Shown: positions 23,201-35,010 of the stretch, in pieces
Layout: the number at the start of each line of letters is the position of its first letter
Position numbering within the stretch: position 1 is the first letter of the stretch
NCBI GenBank assembly: GCA_002189035.1
Contig: NEEC01000067.1
Span: 1-35,010, forward strand
Direction: 5' to 3'
Source of the DNA: Utricularia gibba
Taxonomy: Eukaryota; Plantae; Magnoliophyta
Length of the DNA: 35,010 nucleotides
The notes under the pieces: generated by a model
Databases searched by the model: none
What the model saw: only the letters and a program-made list of their open reading frames with translations
Told to the model about the DNA's origin: nothing
Translations under genes and position numbers: made by a program

Positions 23201-26200
23201 AACTAAGGGTCGAATGCTAATAAAATTAAAAACTAAGAAACTTTCACATGTAGTATATGCTTTAATAACTAACGTATTTACATTATTTATATTTTAATAA
23301 ACATATATCACATGATTATAAAAATATTTTTTTTGTCATTGTAGAAAGCTCATCACGCCACGCACACCACCCTGGAGAGGTTTCAACAGCTGTTATGAAC
23401 TCACAACCCCTTGCTCAGCAGATTCAGTAAAATTCTCTAACACTTGGGCTTCCAACGGATCATATCCCATATTCATTCATACGAAATTGTGCAAGAATAA
23501 TGTGACTTTGAGTTTGAACTAGATAGTAGGACGCTGATCGAAGAATGGCCCATCGAGTCTCTAAAATTGGCCGTCCTCGCTCAACAAATGTGGGGTGCAC
23601 GTGACATCCCAATTTCAACAAATGCATCATGATTTTCGTCGAGTGGGCCCATGAGCCCGTCCGAACCCGGGGCCCGGGCCAAGGGCCCCTCGAGAGCGCC
23701 CGCCTCAATACGAGGAGGTGTTCCTTCAAAAACCATATACGCGTCTCGTCACAACCCAACGTTAATAAATGCATCACTTTTTTTGGCGCGCTACTGCTGA
23801 CTTTGGGCCTGAGTTCGGCACGACCTCCGGCTCGATCAGGGTGCCCCACCGAGAGCTCCTCCTTAAGTATAAAGTGTGTTGTTGAAAAAAACCGTGTGCG
23901 GTTCTCGTGACATCCTAACTTCAACAAATGCATCACGATTTTCGTCGAGTCGGACGGGACCGGGCTCCCGGGGCCCGGACGAGGCGCAGCGCCCGCTCCC
24001 CTCCCCCCCAAAACTAGAAGGTGTTCCATGGAAAACCATTTAGGCGGCTCGTGACAACCCAAAGTTAATAAATGCATCACTTTCTTTGCCGGGCTACAAT
24101 GACTTTACGCTCGAGCCTGGTACGACGTATGGGAAGATTCGAGTGCCCCCCGAGAGCGTCTCCACAAGTATAAAGCGTGTTGTTGAAAAAACCGTGTTGG
24201 GTGCACGTGACATCCTAATTTCAACAAATGTGTCACGATTTTCGCCGAGTGGGACCAGAGTGGGCTCATCAGCCAGACCGAACCCGGGGCCCAAGCCAAG
24301 GGCCCCTCGAGAGCGCCCCCCCACAAAACTAGATGGTGTTCCACGAAAAAAAATTAGGCGGCTCGTGATAACCCAACGCTAAGAAATGCATCCCTTTTTT
24401 CGCCGGGCTAAAACTGACTTTGGGCTCATGCCCGGCGCGACCCCCAGCCCGTGTGCATACGCAGCAGCACCACGAGGCCACATGGGCTTGGTTAATGCCC
24501 GCGTGCTCGAGCAGCAGCCACAAGGCCATACGGCCGTGGAAAAAAAGAAAAACAACCATAAAATACAATAAGCCAAAAATAAAAAATAAAATTGATAAAC
24601 CCTTGGTTCGGTTCGGGCCCAATCAAAACCCGTAGGGTTTAACCCGTTCGGGTTGAACAGAAAGACAACCCCATGGGTCATGCAAACTGTAATACCCAGA
24701 ATTTCATCGGGTTGGGTCCGAACCTGAATGGATCCAACCCAGGCCCATCTCTAATCATAATCATATGATATAGGTTTATTAAATTATAAATAATTGAAAT
24801 ACATTATTTATTAAACCGTAGGATAACTGTGAAAGCTTCTTTGACTTAATTATTACCATTTGATCCTCAGTTGTACTTTGGATGGAGTGTGTATTTTTAC
24901 TTTAGTCAATTTAATTAGCATTCGATCCTTGGTTATGATTCAGATCATATTTGCTATTTTTTTACTTTAAATATTTTTATTATCATTCGATCCTTAAGTA
25001 TAATGCGGATCGAGCGCGTATTTTTTATTTTAATATTTTTTATTAGCATTCGAACGTTAGGTATGCTGCGGATCGAGCGTATATTTTTCACTCTCATATT
25101 TTTATTAGCCTTAGATCCTTAGGTATACTTTGGATCGAGTGCATATTCATTTATTTTAAATCTTAATTAGCGTTCCACCGTTAGGAGCAATTTAGAACGT
25201 GTATACATTACAATGCCATGCCACACGGGCGTGGTTTACGCACAACCCACGCCCGTGTGCCCTTGCAATGTAAACACGCTCCACATTGCTCCTAAGGATC
25301 GAGCGTTAACACAAGTTTCAAGTAAACCATCTCCACTCGATCCGAATCATGTCTAAAGACCGAAAGCCAATAAAAATATTAAAATAAAAAATATACGCTC
25401 GATCCGCATCATATCTTAGAATCGAATGCAAATAGAATCGTTCAAATAAAAAATATACACTCGATTGGAATCTTAACCAAGGATCGAATGCTAATTAAAA
25501 TGATTAAAATAAAAATGCACACTCCATCCAAAGTATAACTAAGGGTCGAATGCTAATAAAATTAAAAACTAAGAAACTTTCACATGTAGTATATGCTTTA
25601 ATAACTAACGTATTTACATTATTTATATTTTAATAAACATATATCACATGATTATAAAAATATTTTTTTTGTCATTGTAGAAAGCTCATCACGCCACGCA
25701 CACCACCCTGGAGAGGTTTCAACAGCTGTTATGAACTCACAACCCCTTGCTCAGCAGATTCAGTAAAATTCTCTAACACTTGGGCTTCCAACGGATCATA
25801 TCCCATATTCATTCATACGAAATTGTGCAAGAATAATGTGACTTTGAGTTTGAACTAGATAGTAGGACGCTGATCGAAGAATGGCCCATCGAGTCTCTAA
25901 AATTGGCCGTCCTCGCTCAACAAATGTGGGGTGCACGTGACATCCCAATTTCAACAAATGCATCATGATTTTCGTCGAGTGGGCCCATGAGCCCGTCCGA
26001 ACCCGGGGCCCGGGCCAAGGGCCCCTCGAGAGCGCCCGCCTCAATACGAGGAGGTGTTCCTTCAAAAACCATATACGCGTCTCGTCACAACCCAACGTTA
26101 ATAAATGCATCACTTTTTTTGGCGCGCTACTGCTGACTTTGGGCCTGAGTTCGGCACGACCTCCGGCTCGATCAGGGTGCCCCCCGAGAGCTCCTCCTTA

Positions 26201-29200
26201 AGTATAAAGTGTGTTGTTGAAAAAAACCGTGTGCGGTTCTCGTGACATCCTAACTTCAACAAATGCATCACGATTTTCGTCGAGTCGGACGGGACCGGGC
26301 TCCCGGGGCCCGGACGAGGCGCAGCGCCCGCTCCCCTCCCCCCCAAAACTAGAAGGTGTTCCATGGAAAACCATTTAGGCGGCTCGTGACAACCCAAAGT
26401 TAATAAATGCATCACTTTCTTTGCCGGGCTACAATGACTTTACGCTCGAGCCTGGTACGACGTATGGGAAGATTCGAGTGCCCCCCGAGAGCGTCTCCAC
26501 AAGTATAAAGCGTGTTGTTGAAAAAACCGTGTTGGGTGCACGTGACATCCTAATTTCAACAAATGTGTCACGATTTTCGCCGAGTGGGACCAGAGTGGGC
26601 TCATCAGCCAGACCGAACCCGGGGCCCAAGCCAAGGGCCCCTCGAGAGCGCCCCCCACAAAACTAGATGGTGTTCCACGAAAAAAAATTAGGCGGCTCGT
26701 GATAACCCAACGCTAAGAAATGCATCCCTTTTTTCGCCGGGCTAAAACTGACTTTGGGCTCATGCCCGGCGCGACCCCCAGCCCGTGTGCATACGCAGCA
26801 GCACCACGAGGCCACATGGGCTTGGTTAATGCCCGCGTGCTCGAGCAGCAGCCACAAGGCCATACGGCCGTGGAAAAAAAGAAAAACAACCATAAAATAC
26901 AATAAGCCAAAAATAAAAAATAAAATTGATAAACCCTTGGTTCGGTTCGGGCCCAATCAAAACCCGTAGGGTTTAACCCGTTCGGGTTGAACAGAAAGAC
27001 AACCCCATGGGTCATGCAAACTGTAATACCCAGAATTTCATCGGGTTGGGTCCGAACCTGAATGGATCCAACCCAGGCCCATCTCTAATCATAATCATAT
27101 GATATAGGTTTATTAAATTATAAATAATTGAAATACATTATTTATTAAACCGTAGGATAACTGTGAAAGCTTCTTTGACTTAATTATTACCATTTGATCC
27201 TCAGTTGTACTTTGGATGGAGTGTGTATTTTTACTTTAGTCAATTTAATTAGCATTCGATCCTTGGTTATGATTCAGATCATATTTGCTATTTTTTTACT
27301 TTAAATATTTTTATTATCATTCGATCCTTAAGTATAATGCGGATCGAGCGCGTATTTTTTATTTTAATATTTTTTATTAGCATTCGAACGTTAGGTATGC
27401 TGCGGATCGAGCGTATATTTTTCACTCTCATATTTTTATTAGCCTTAGATCCTTAGGTATACTTTGGATCGAGTGCATATTCATTTATTTTAAATCTTAA
27501 TTAGCGTTCCACCGTTAGGAGCAATTTAGAACGTGTATACATTACAATGCCATGCCACACGGGCGTGGTTTACGCACAACCCACGCCCGTGTGCCCTTGC
27601 AATGTAAACACGCTCCACATTGCTCCTAAGGATCGAGCGTTAACACAAGTTTCAAGTAAACCATCTCCACTCGATCCGAATCATGTCTAAAGACCGAAAG
27701 CCAATAAAAATATTAAAATAAAAAATATACGCTCGATCCGCATCATATCTTAGAATCGAATGCAAATAGAATCGTTCAAATAAAAAATATACACTCGATT
27801 GGAATCTTAACCAAGGATCGAATGCTAATTAAAATGATTAAAATAAAAATGCACACTCCATCCAAAGTATAACTAAGGGTCGAATGCTAATAAAATTAAA
27901 AACTAAGAAACTTTCACATGTAGTATATGCTTTAATAACTAACGTATTTACATTATTTATATTTTAATAAACATATATCACATGATTATAAAAATATTTT
28001 TTTTGTCATTGTAGAAAGCTCATCACGCCACGCACACCACCCTGGAGAGGTTTCAACAGCTGTTATGAACTCACAACCCCTTGCTCAGCAGATTCAGTAA
28101 AATTCTCTAACACTTGGGCTTCCAACGGATCATATCCCATATTCATTCATACGAAATTGTGCAAGAATAATGTGACTTTGAGTTTGAACTAGATAGTAGG
28201 ACGCTGATCGAAGAATGGCCCATCGAGTCTCTAAAATTGGCCGTCCTCGCTCAACAAATGTGGGGTGCACGTGACATCCCAATTTCAACAAATGCATCAT
28301 GATTTTCGTCGAGTGGGCCCATGAGCCCGTCCGAACCCGGGGCCCGGGCCAAGGGCCCCTCGAGAGCGCCCGCCTCAATACGAGGAGGTGTTCCTTCAAA
28401 AACCATATACGCGTCTCGTCACAACCCAACGTTAATAAATGCATCACTTTTTTTGGCGCGCTACTGCTGACTTTGGGCCCGAGTTCGGCACGACCTCCGG
28501 CTCGATCAGGGTGCCCCCCGAGAGCTCCTCCTTAAGTATAAAGTGTGTTGTTGAAAAAAACCGTGTGCGGTTCTCGTGACATCCTAACTTCAACAAATGC
28601 ATCACGATTTTCGTCGAGTCGGACGGGACCGGGCTCCCGGGGCCCGGACGAGGCGCAGCGCCCGCTCCCCTCCCCCCAAAACTAGAAGGTGTTCCATGGA
28701 AAACCATTTAGGCGGCTCGTGACAACCCAAAGTTAATAAATGCATCACTTTCTTTGCCGGGCTACAATGACTTTACGCTCGAGCCTGGTACGACGTATGG
28801 GAAGATTCGAGTGCCCCCCGAGAGCGTCTCCACAAGTATAAAGCGTGTTGTTGAAAAAACCGTGTTGGGTGCACGTGACATCCTAATTTCAACAAATGTG
28901 TCACGATTTTCGCCGAGTGGGACCAGAGTGGGCTCATCAGCCAGACCGAACCCGGGGCCCAAGCCAAGGGCCCCTCGAGAGCGCCCCCCCACAAAACTAG
29001 ATGGTGTTCCACGAAAAAAAATTAGGCGGCTCGTGATAACCCAACGCTAAGAAATGCATCCCTTTTTTCGCCGGGCTAAAACTGACTTTGGGCTCATGCC
29101 CGGCGCGACCCCCAGCCCGTGTGCATACGCAGCAGCACCACGAGGCCACATGGGCTTGGTTAATGCCCGCGTGCTCGAGCAGCAGCCACAAGGCCATACG

Positions 29201-32200
29201 GCCGTGGAAAAAAAGAAAAACAACCATAAAATACAATAAGCCAAAAATAAAAAATAAAATTGATAAACCCTTGGTTCGGTTCGGGCCCAATCAAAACCCG
29301 TAGGGTTTAACCCGTTCGGGTTGAACAGAAAGACAACCCCATGGGTCATGCAAACTGTAATACCCAGAATTTCATCGGGTTGGGTCCGAACCTGAATGGA
29401 TCCAACCCAGGCCCATCTCTAATCATAATCATATGATATAGGTTTATTAAATTATAAATAATTGAAATACATTATTTATTAAACCGTAGGATAACTGTGA
29501 AAGCTTCTTTGACTTAATTATTACCATTTGATCCTCAGTTGTACTTTGGATGGAGTGTGTATTTTTACTTTAGTCAATTTAATTAGCATTCGATCCTTGG
29601 TTATGATTCAGATCATATTTGCTATTTTTTTACTTTAAATATTTTTATTATCATTCGATCCTTAAGTATAATGCGGATCGAGCGCGTATTTTTTATTTTA
29701 ATATTTTTTATTAGCATTCGAACGTTAGGTATGCTGCGGATCGAGCGTATATTTTTCACTCTCATATTTTTATTAGCCTTAGATCCTTAGGTATACTTTG
29801 GATCGAGTGCATATTCATTTATTTTAAATCTTAATTAGCGTTCCACCGTTAGGAGCAATTTAGAACGTGTATACATTACAATGCCATGCCACACGGGCGT
29901 GGTTTACGCACAACCCACGCCCGTGTGCCCTTGCAATGTAAACACGCTCCACATTGCTCCTAAGGATCGAGCGTTAACACAAGTTTCAAGTAAACCATCT
30001 CCACTCGATCCGAATCATGTCTAAAGACCGAAAGCCAATAAAAATATTAAAATAAAAAATATACGCTCGATCCGCATCATATCTTAGAATCGAATGCAAA
30101 TAGAATCGTTCAAATAAAAAATATACACTCGATTGGAATCTTAACCAAGGATCGAATGCTAATTAAAATGATTAAAATAAAAATGCACACTCCATCCAAA
30201 GTATAACTAAGGGTCGAATGCTAATAAAATTAAAAACTAAGAAACTTTCACATGTAGTATATGCTTTAATAACTAACGTATTTACATTATTTATATTTTA
30301 ATAAACATATATCACATGATTATAAAAATATTTTTTTTGTCATTGTAGAAAGCTCATCACGCCACGCACACCACCCTGGAGAGGTTTCAACAGCTGTTAT
30401 GAACTCACAACCCCTTGCTCAGCAGATTCAGTAAAATTCTCTAACACTTGGGCTTCCAACGGATCATATCCCATATTCATTCATACGAAATTGTGCAAGA
30501 ATAATGTGACTTTGAGTTTGAACTAGATAGTAGGACGCTGATCGAAGAATGGCCCATCGAGTCTCTAAAATTGGCCGTCCTCGCTCAACAAATGTGGGGT
30601 GCACGTGACATCCCAATTTCAACAAATGCATCATGATTTTCGTCGAGTGGGCCCATGAGCCCGTCCGAACCCGGGGCCCGGGCCAAGGGCCCCTCGAGAG
30701 CGCCCGCCTCAATACGAGGAGGTGTTCCTTCAAAAACCATATACGCGTCTCGTCACAACCCAACGTTAATAAATGCATCACTTTTTTTGGCGCGCTACTG
30801 CTGACTTTGGGCCTGAGTTCGGCACGACCTCCGGCTCGATCAGGGTGCCCCCCGAGAGCTCCTCCTTAAGTATAAAGTGTGTTGTTGAAAAAAACCGTGT
30901 GCGGTTCTCGTGACATCCTAACTTCAACAAATGCATCACGATTTTCGTCGAGTCGGACGGGACCGGGCTCCCGGGGCCCGGACGAGGCGCAGCGCCCGCT
31001 CCCCTCCCCCCCAAAACTAGAAGGTGTTCCATGGAAAACCATTTAGGCGGCTCGTGACAACCCAAAGTTAATAAATGCATCACTTTCTTTGCCGGGCTAC
31101 AATGACTTTACGCTCGAGCCTGGTACGACGTATGGGAAGATTCGAGTGCCCCCCGAGAGCGTCTCCACAAGTATAAAGCGTGTTGTTGAAAAAACCGTGT
31201 TGGGTGCACGTGACATCCTAATTTCAACAAATGTGTCACGATTTTCGCCGAGTGGGACCAGAGTGGGCTCATCAGCCAGACCGAACCCGGGGCCCAAGCC
31301 AAGGGCCCCTCGAGAGCGCCCCCCCACAAAACTAGATGGTGTTCCACGAAAAAAAATTAGGCGGCTCGTGATAACCCAACGCTAAGAAATGCATCCCTTT
31401 TTTCGCCGGGCTAAAACTGACTTTGGGCTCATGCCCGGCGCGACCCCCAGCCCGTGTGCATACGCAGCAGCACCACGAGGCCACATGGGCTTGGTTAATG
31501 CCCGCGTGCTCGAGCAGCAGCCACAAGGCCATACGGCCGTGGAAAAAAAGAAAACAACCATAAAATACAATAAGCCAAAAATAAAAAATAAAATTGATAA
31601 ACCCTTGGTTCGGTTCGGGCCCAATCAAAACCCGTAGGGTTTAACCCGTTCGGGTTGAACAGAAAGACAACCCCATGGGTCATGCAAACTGTAATACCCA
31701 GAATTTCATCGGGTTGGGTCCGAACCTGAATGGATCCAACCCAGGCCCATCTCTAATCATAATCATATGATATAGGTTTATTAAATTATAAATAATTGAA
31801 ATACATTATTTATTAAACCGTAGGATAACTGTGAAAGCTTCTTTGACTTAATTATTACCATTTGATCCTCAGTTGTACTTTGGATGGAGTGTGTATTTTT
31901 ACTTTAGTCAATTTAATTAGCATTCGATCCTTGGTTATGATTCAGATCATATTTGCTATTTTTTTACTTTAAATATTTTTATTATCATTCGATCCTTAAG
32001 TATAATGCGGATCGAGCGCGTATTTTTTATTTTAATATTTTTTATTAGCATTCGAACGTTAGGTATGCTGCGGATCGAGCGTATATTTTTCACTCTCATA
32101 TTTTTATTAGCCTTAGATCCTTAGGTATACTTTGGATCGAGTGCATATTCATTTATTTTAAATCTTAATTAGCGTTCCACCGTTAGGAGCAATTTAGAAC

Positions 32201-35010
32201 GTGTATACATTACAATGCCATGCCACACGGGCGTGGTTTACGCACAACCCACGCCCGTGTGCCCTTGCAATGTAAACACGCTCCACATTGCTCCTAAGGA
32301 TCGAGCGTTAACACAAGTTTCAAGTAAACCATCTCCACTCGATCCGAATCATGTCTAAAGACCGAAAGCCAATAAAAATATTAAAATAAAAAATATACGC
32401 TCGATCCGCATCATATCTTAGAATCGAATGCAAATAGAATCGTTCAAATAAAAAATATACACTCGATTGGAATCTTAACCAAGGATCGAATGCTAATTAA
32501 AATGATTAAAATAAAAATGCACACTCCATCCAAAGTATAACTAAGGGTCGAATGCTAATAAAATTAAAAACTAAGAAACTTTCACATGTAGTATATGCTT
32601 TAATAACTAACGTATTTACATTATTTATATTTTAATAAACATATATCACATGATTATAAAAATATTTTTTTTGTCATTGTAGAAAGCTCATCACGCCACG
32701 CACACCACCCTGGAGAGGTTTCAACAGCTGTTATGAACTCACAACCCCTTGCTCAGCAGATTCAGTAAAATTCTCTAACACTTGGGCTTCCAACGGATCA
32801 TATCCCATATTCATTCATACGAAATTGTGCAAGAATAATGTGACTTTGAGTTTGAACTAGATAGTAGGACGCTGATCGAAGAATGGCCCATCGAGTCTCT
32901 AAAATTGGCCGTCCTCGCTCAACAAATGTGGGGTGCACGTGACATCCCAATTTCAACAAATGCATCATGATTTTCGTCGAGTGGGCCCATGAGCCCGTCC
33001 GAACCCGGGGCCCGGGCCAAGGGCCCCTCGAGAGCGCCCGCCTCAATACGAGGAGGTGTTCCTTCAAAAACCATATACGCGTCTCGTCACAACCCAACGT
33101 TAATAAATGCATCACTTTTTTTGGCGCGCTACTGCTGACTTTGGGCCTGAGTTCGGCACGACCTCCGGCTCGATCAGGGTGCCCCCCGAGAGCTCCTCCT
33201 TAAGTATAAAGTGTGTTGTTGAAAAAAACCGTGTGCGGTTCTCGTGACATCCTAACTTCAACAAATGCATCACGATTTTCGTCGAGTCGGACGGGACCGG
33301 GCTCCCGGGGCCCGGACGAGGCGCAGCGCCCGCTCCCTCCCCCCCAAAACTAGAAGGTGTTCCATGGAAAACCATTTAGGCGGCTCGTGACAACCCAAAG
33401 TTAATAAATGCATCACTTTCTTTGCCGGGCTACAATGACTTTACGCTCGAGCCTGGTACGACGTATGGGAAGATTCGAGTGCCCCCCGAGAGCGTCTCCA
33501 CAAGTATAAAGCGTGTTGTTGAAAAAACCGTGTTGGGTGCACGTGACATCCTAATTTCAACAAATGTGTCACGATTTTCGCCGAGTGGGACCAGAGTGGG
33601 CTCATCAGCCAGACCGAACCCGGGCCCAAGCCAAGGGCCCCTCGAGAGCGCCCCCCCACAAAACTAGATGGTGTTCCACGAAAAAAAATTAGGCGGCTCG
33701 TGATAACCCAACGCTAAGAAATGCATCCCTTTTTTCGCCGGGCTAAAACTGACTTTGGGCTCATGCCCGGCGCGACCCCCAGCCCGTGTGCATACGCAGC
33801 AGCACCACGAGGCCACATGGGCTTGGTTAATGCCCGCGTGCTCGAGCAGCAGCCACAAGGCCATACGGCCGTGGAAAAAAAGAAAAACAACCATAAAATA
33901 CAATAAGCCAAAAATAAAAATAAAATTGATAAACCCTTGGTTCGGTTCGGGCCCAATCAAAACCCGTAGGGTTTAACCCGTTCGGGTTGAACAGAAAGAC
34001 AACCCCATGGGTCATGCAAACTGTAATACCCAGAATTTCATCGGGTTGGGTCCGAACCTGAATGGATCCAACCCAGGCCCATCTCTAATCATAATCATAT
34101 GATATAGGTTTATTAAATTATAAATAATTGAAATACATTATTTATTAAACCGTAGGATAACTGTGAAAGCTTCTTTGACTTAATTATTACCATTTGATCC
34201 TCAGTTGTACTTGGATGGAGTGTGTATTTTTACTTTAGTCAATTTAATTAGCATTCGATCCTTGGTTATGATTCAGATCATATTTGCTATTTTTTTACTT
34301 TAAATATTTTTATTATCATTCGATCCTTAAGTATAATGCGGATCGAGCGCGTATTTTTTTATTTTAATATTTTTTATTAGCATTCGAACGTTAGGTATGC
34401 TGCGGATCGAGCGTATATTTTTCACTCTCATATTTTTATTAGCCTTAGATCCTTAGGTATACTTTGGATCGAGTGCATATTCATTTATTTTAAATCTTAA
34501 TTAGCGTTCCACCGTTAGGAGCAATTTAGAACGTGTATACATTACAATGCCATGCCACACGGGCGTGGTTTACGCACAACCCACGCCCGTGTGCCCTTGC
34601 AATGTAAACACGCTCCACATTGCTCCTAAGGATCGAGCGTTAACACAAGTTTCAAGTAAACCATCTCCACTCGATCCGAATCATGTCTAAACCGAAAGCC
34701 AATAAAAATATTAAAATAAAAAAATATACGCTCGATCCGCATCATATCTTAGAATCGAATGCAAATAGAATCGTTCAAATAAAAAAATATACACTCGATT
34801 GGAATCTTAACCAAGGATCGAATGCTAATTAAAATGATTAAAATAAAAATGCACACTCCATCCAAAGTATAACTAAGGGTCGAATGCTAATAAAATTAAA
34901 AACTAAGAAACTTTCACATGTAGTATATGCTTTAATAACTAACGTATTTACATTATTTATATTTTAATAAACATATATCACATGATTATAAAAATATTTT
35001 TTTTGTCATT

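Larger units (their letters stand above)
1..35010. repeat. Macrosatellite / tandem array, 15 complete ~2,333-bp units plus 15 bp of unit 16
   Basis: The landmark ATTTTTTTTGTCATTGTAGAAAGCTC recurs at 1, 2328, 4659, 6993, 9327, 11661, 13996, 16330, 18659, 20993, 23326, 25662, 27996, 30330, 32664 and (truncated) 34996. Several starts were read directly; the rest come from the constant offset of the 'MMHLLTLGC...EYGI' ORF in the track. Units are in the same orientation with no spacer and differ by a few, mostly homopolymer, bases. Confidence 0.99.

Noticed and set aside
23460-24080. Longest ORF, 206 aa (and the 158-aa ORF at 21127-21603)
   Set aside because: It arises only in copies 10 and 11, where the one-base A insertion fuses frames across satellite monomers. 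The product is repeated MHLL motifs, not a protein family.

Overview
The whole window is a head-to-tail tandem array of 15 nearly identical ~2,333-bp units (2,327-2,336 bp), plus 15 bp of a 16th. It is eukaryotic-looking and probably plant (inference). I found no credible protein-coding gene, rRNA, tRNA or CRISPR array; every ORF in the track is a short reading of the repeat. Each unit is a mosaic (copy-1 coordinates): (a) ~150-260 bp of non-repetitive sequence that starts at a splice-acceptor-like site; (b) a GC-rich internal satellite of ~150-bp monomers alternating A/B (~300-bp dimer, ~262-1112) with a conserved 31-bp box; (c) a short GC duplication and an A-rich tract (1124-1267); (d) a cluster of AACCC/GGGTT hairpins ending in an 11-bp stem-loop, a 10-nt spacer and CTAA (1265-1422); (e) TC followed immediately by a ~900-bp imperfect foldback (1425-2321) built from ~62-bp subrepeats, most with their own small palindrome. 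The most interesting reading is that the hairpin-N10-CTAA|TC junction is a Helitron-like tail-to-head joint. The array would then be a young rolling-circle concatemer of a non-autonomous element carrying an old satellite and an old giant foldback. This is a hypothesis from terminal motifs only: a solo hAT-type end (GCCCATCTCTA) is an alternative, and a sequencing or assembly concatemer is not excluded. All alignments and counts were done by eye.
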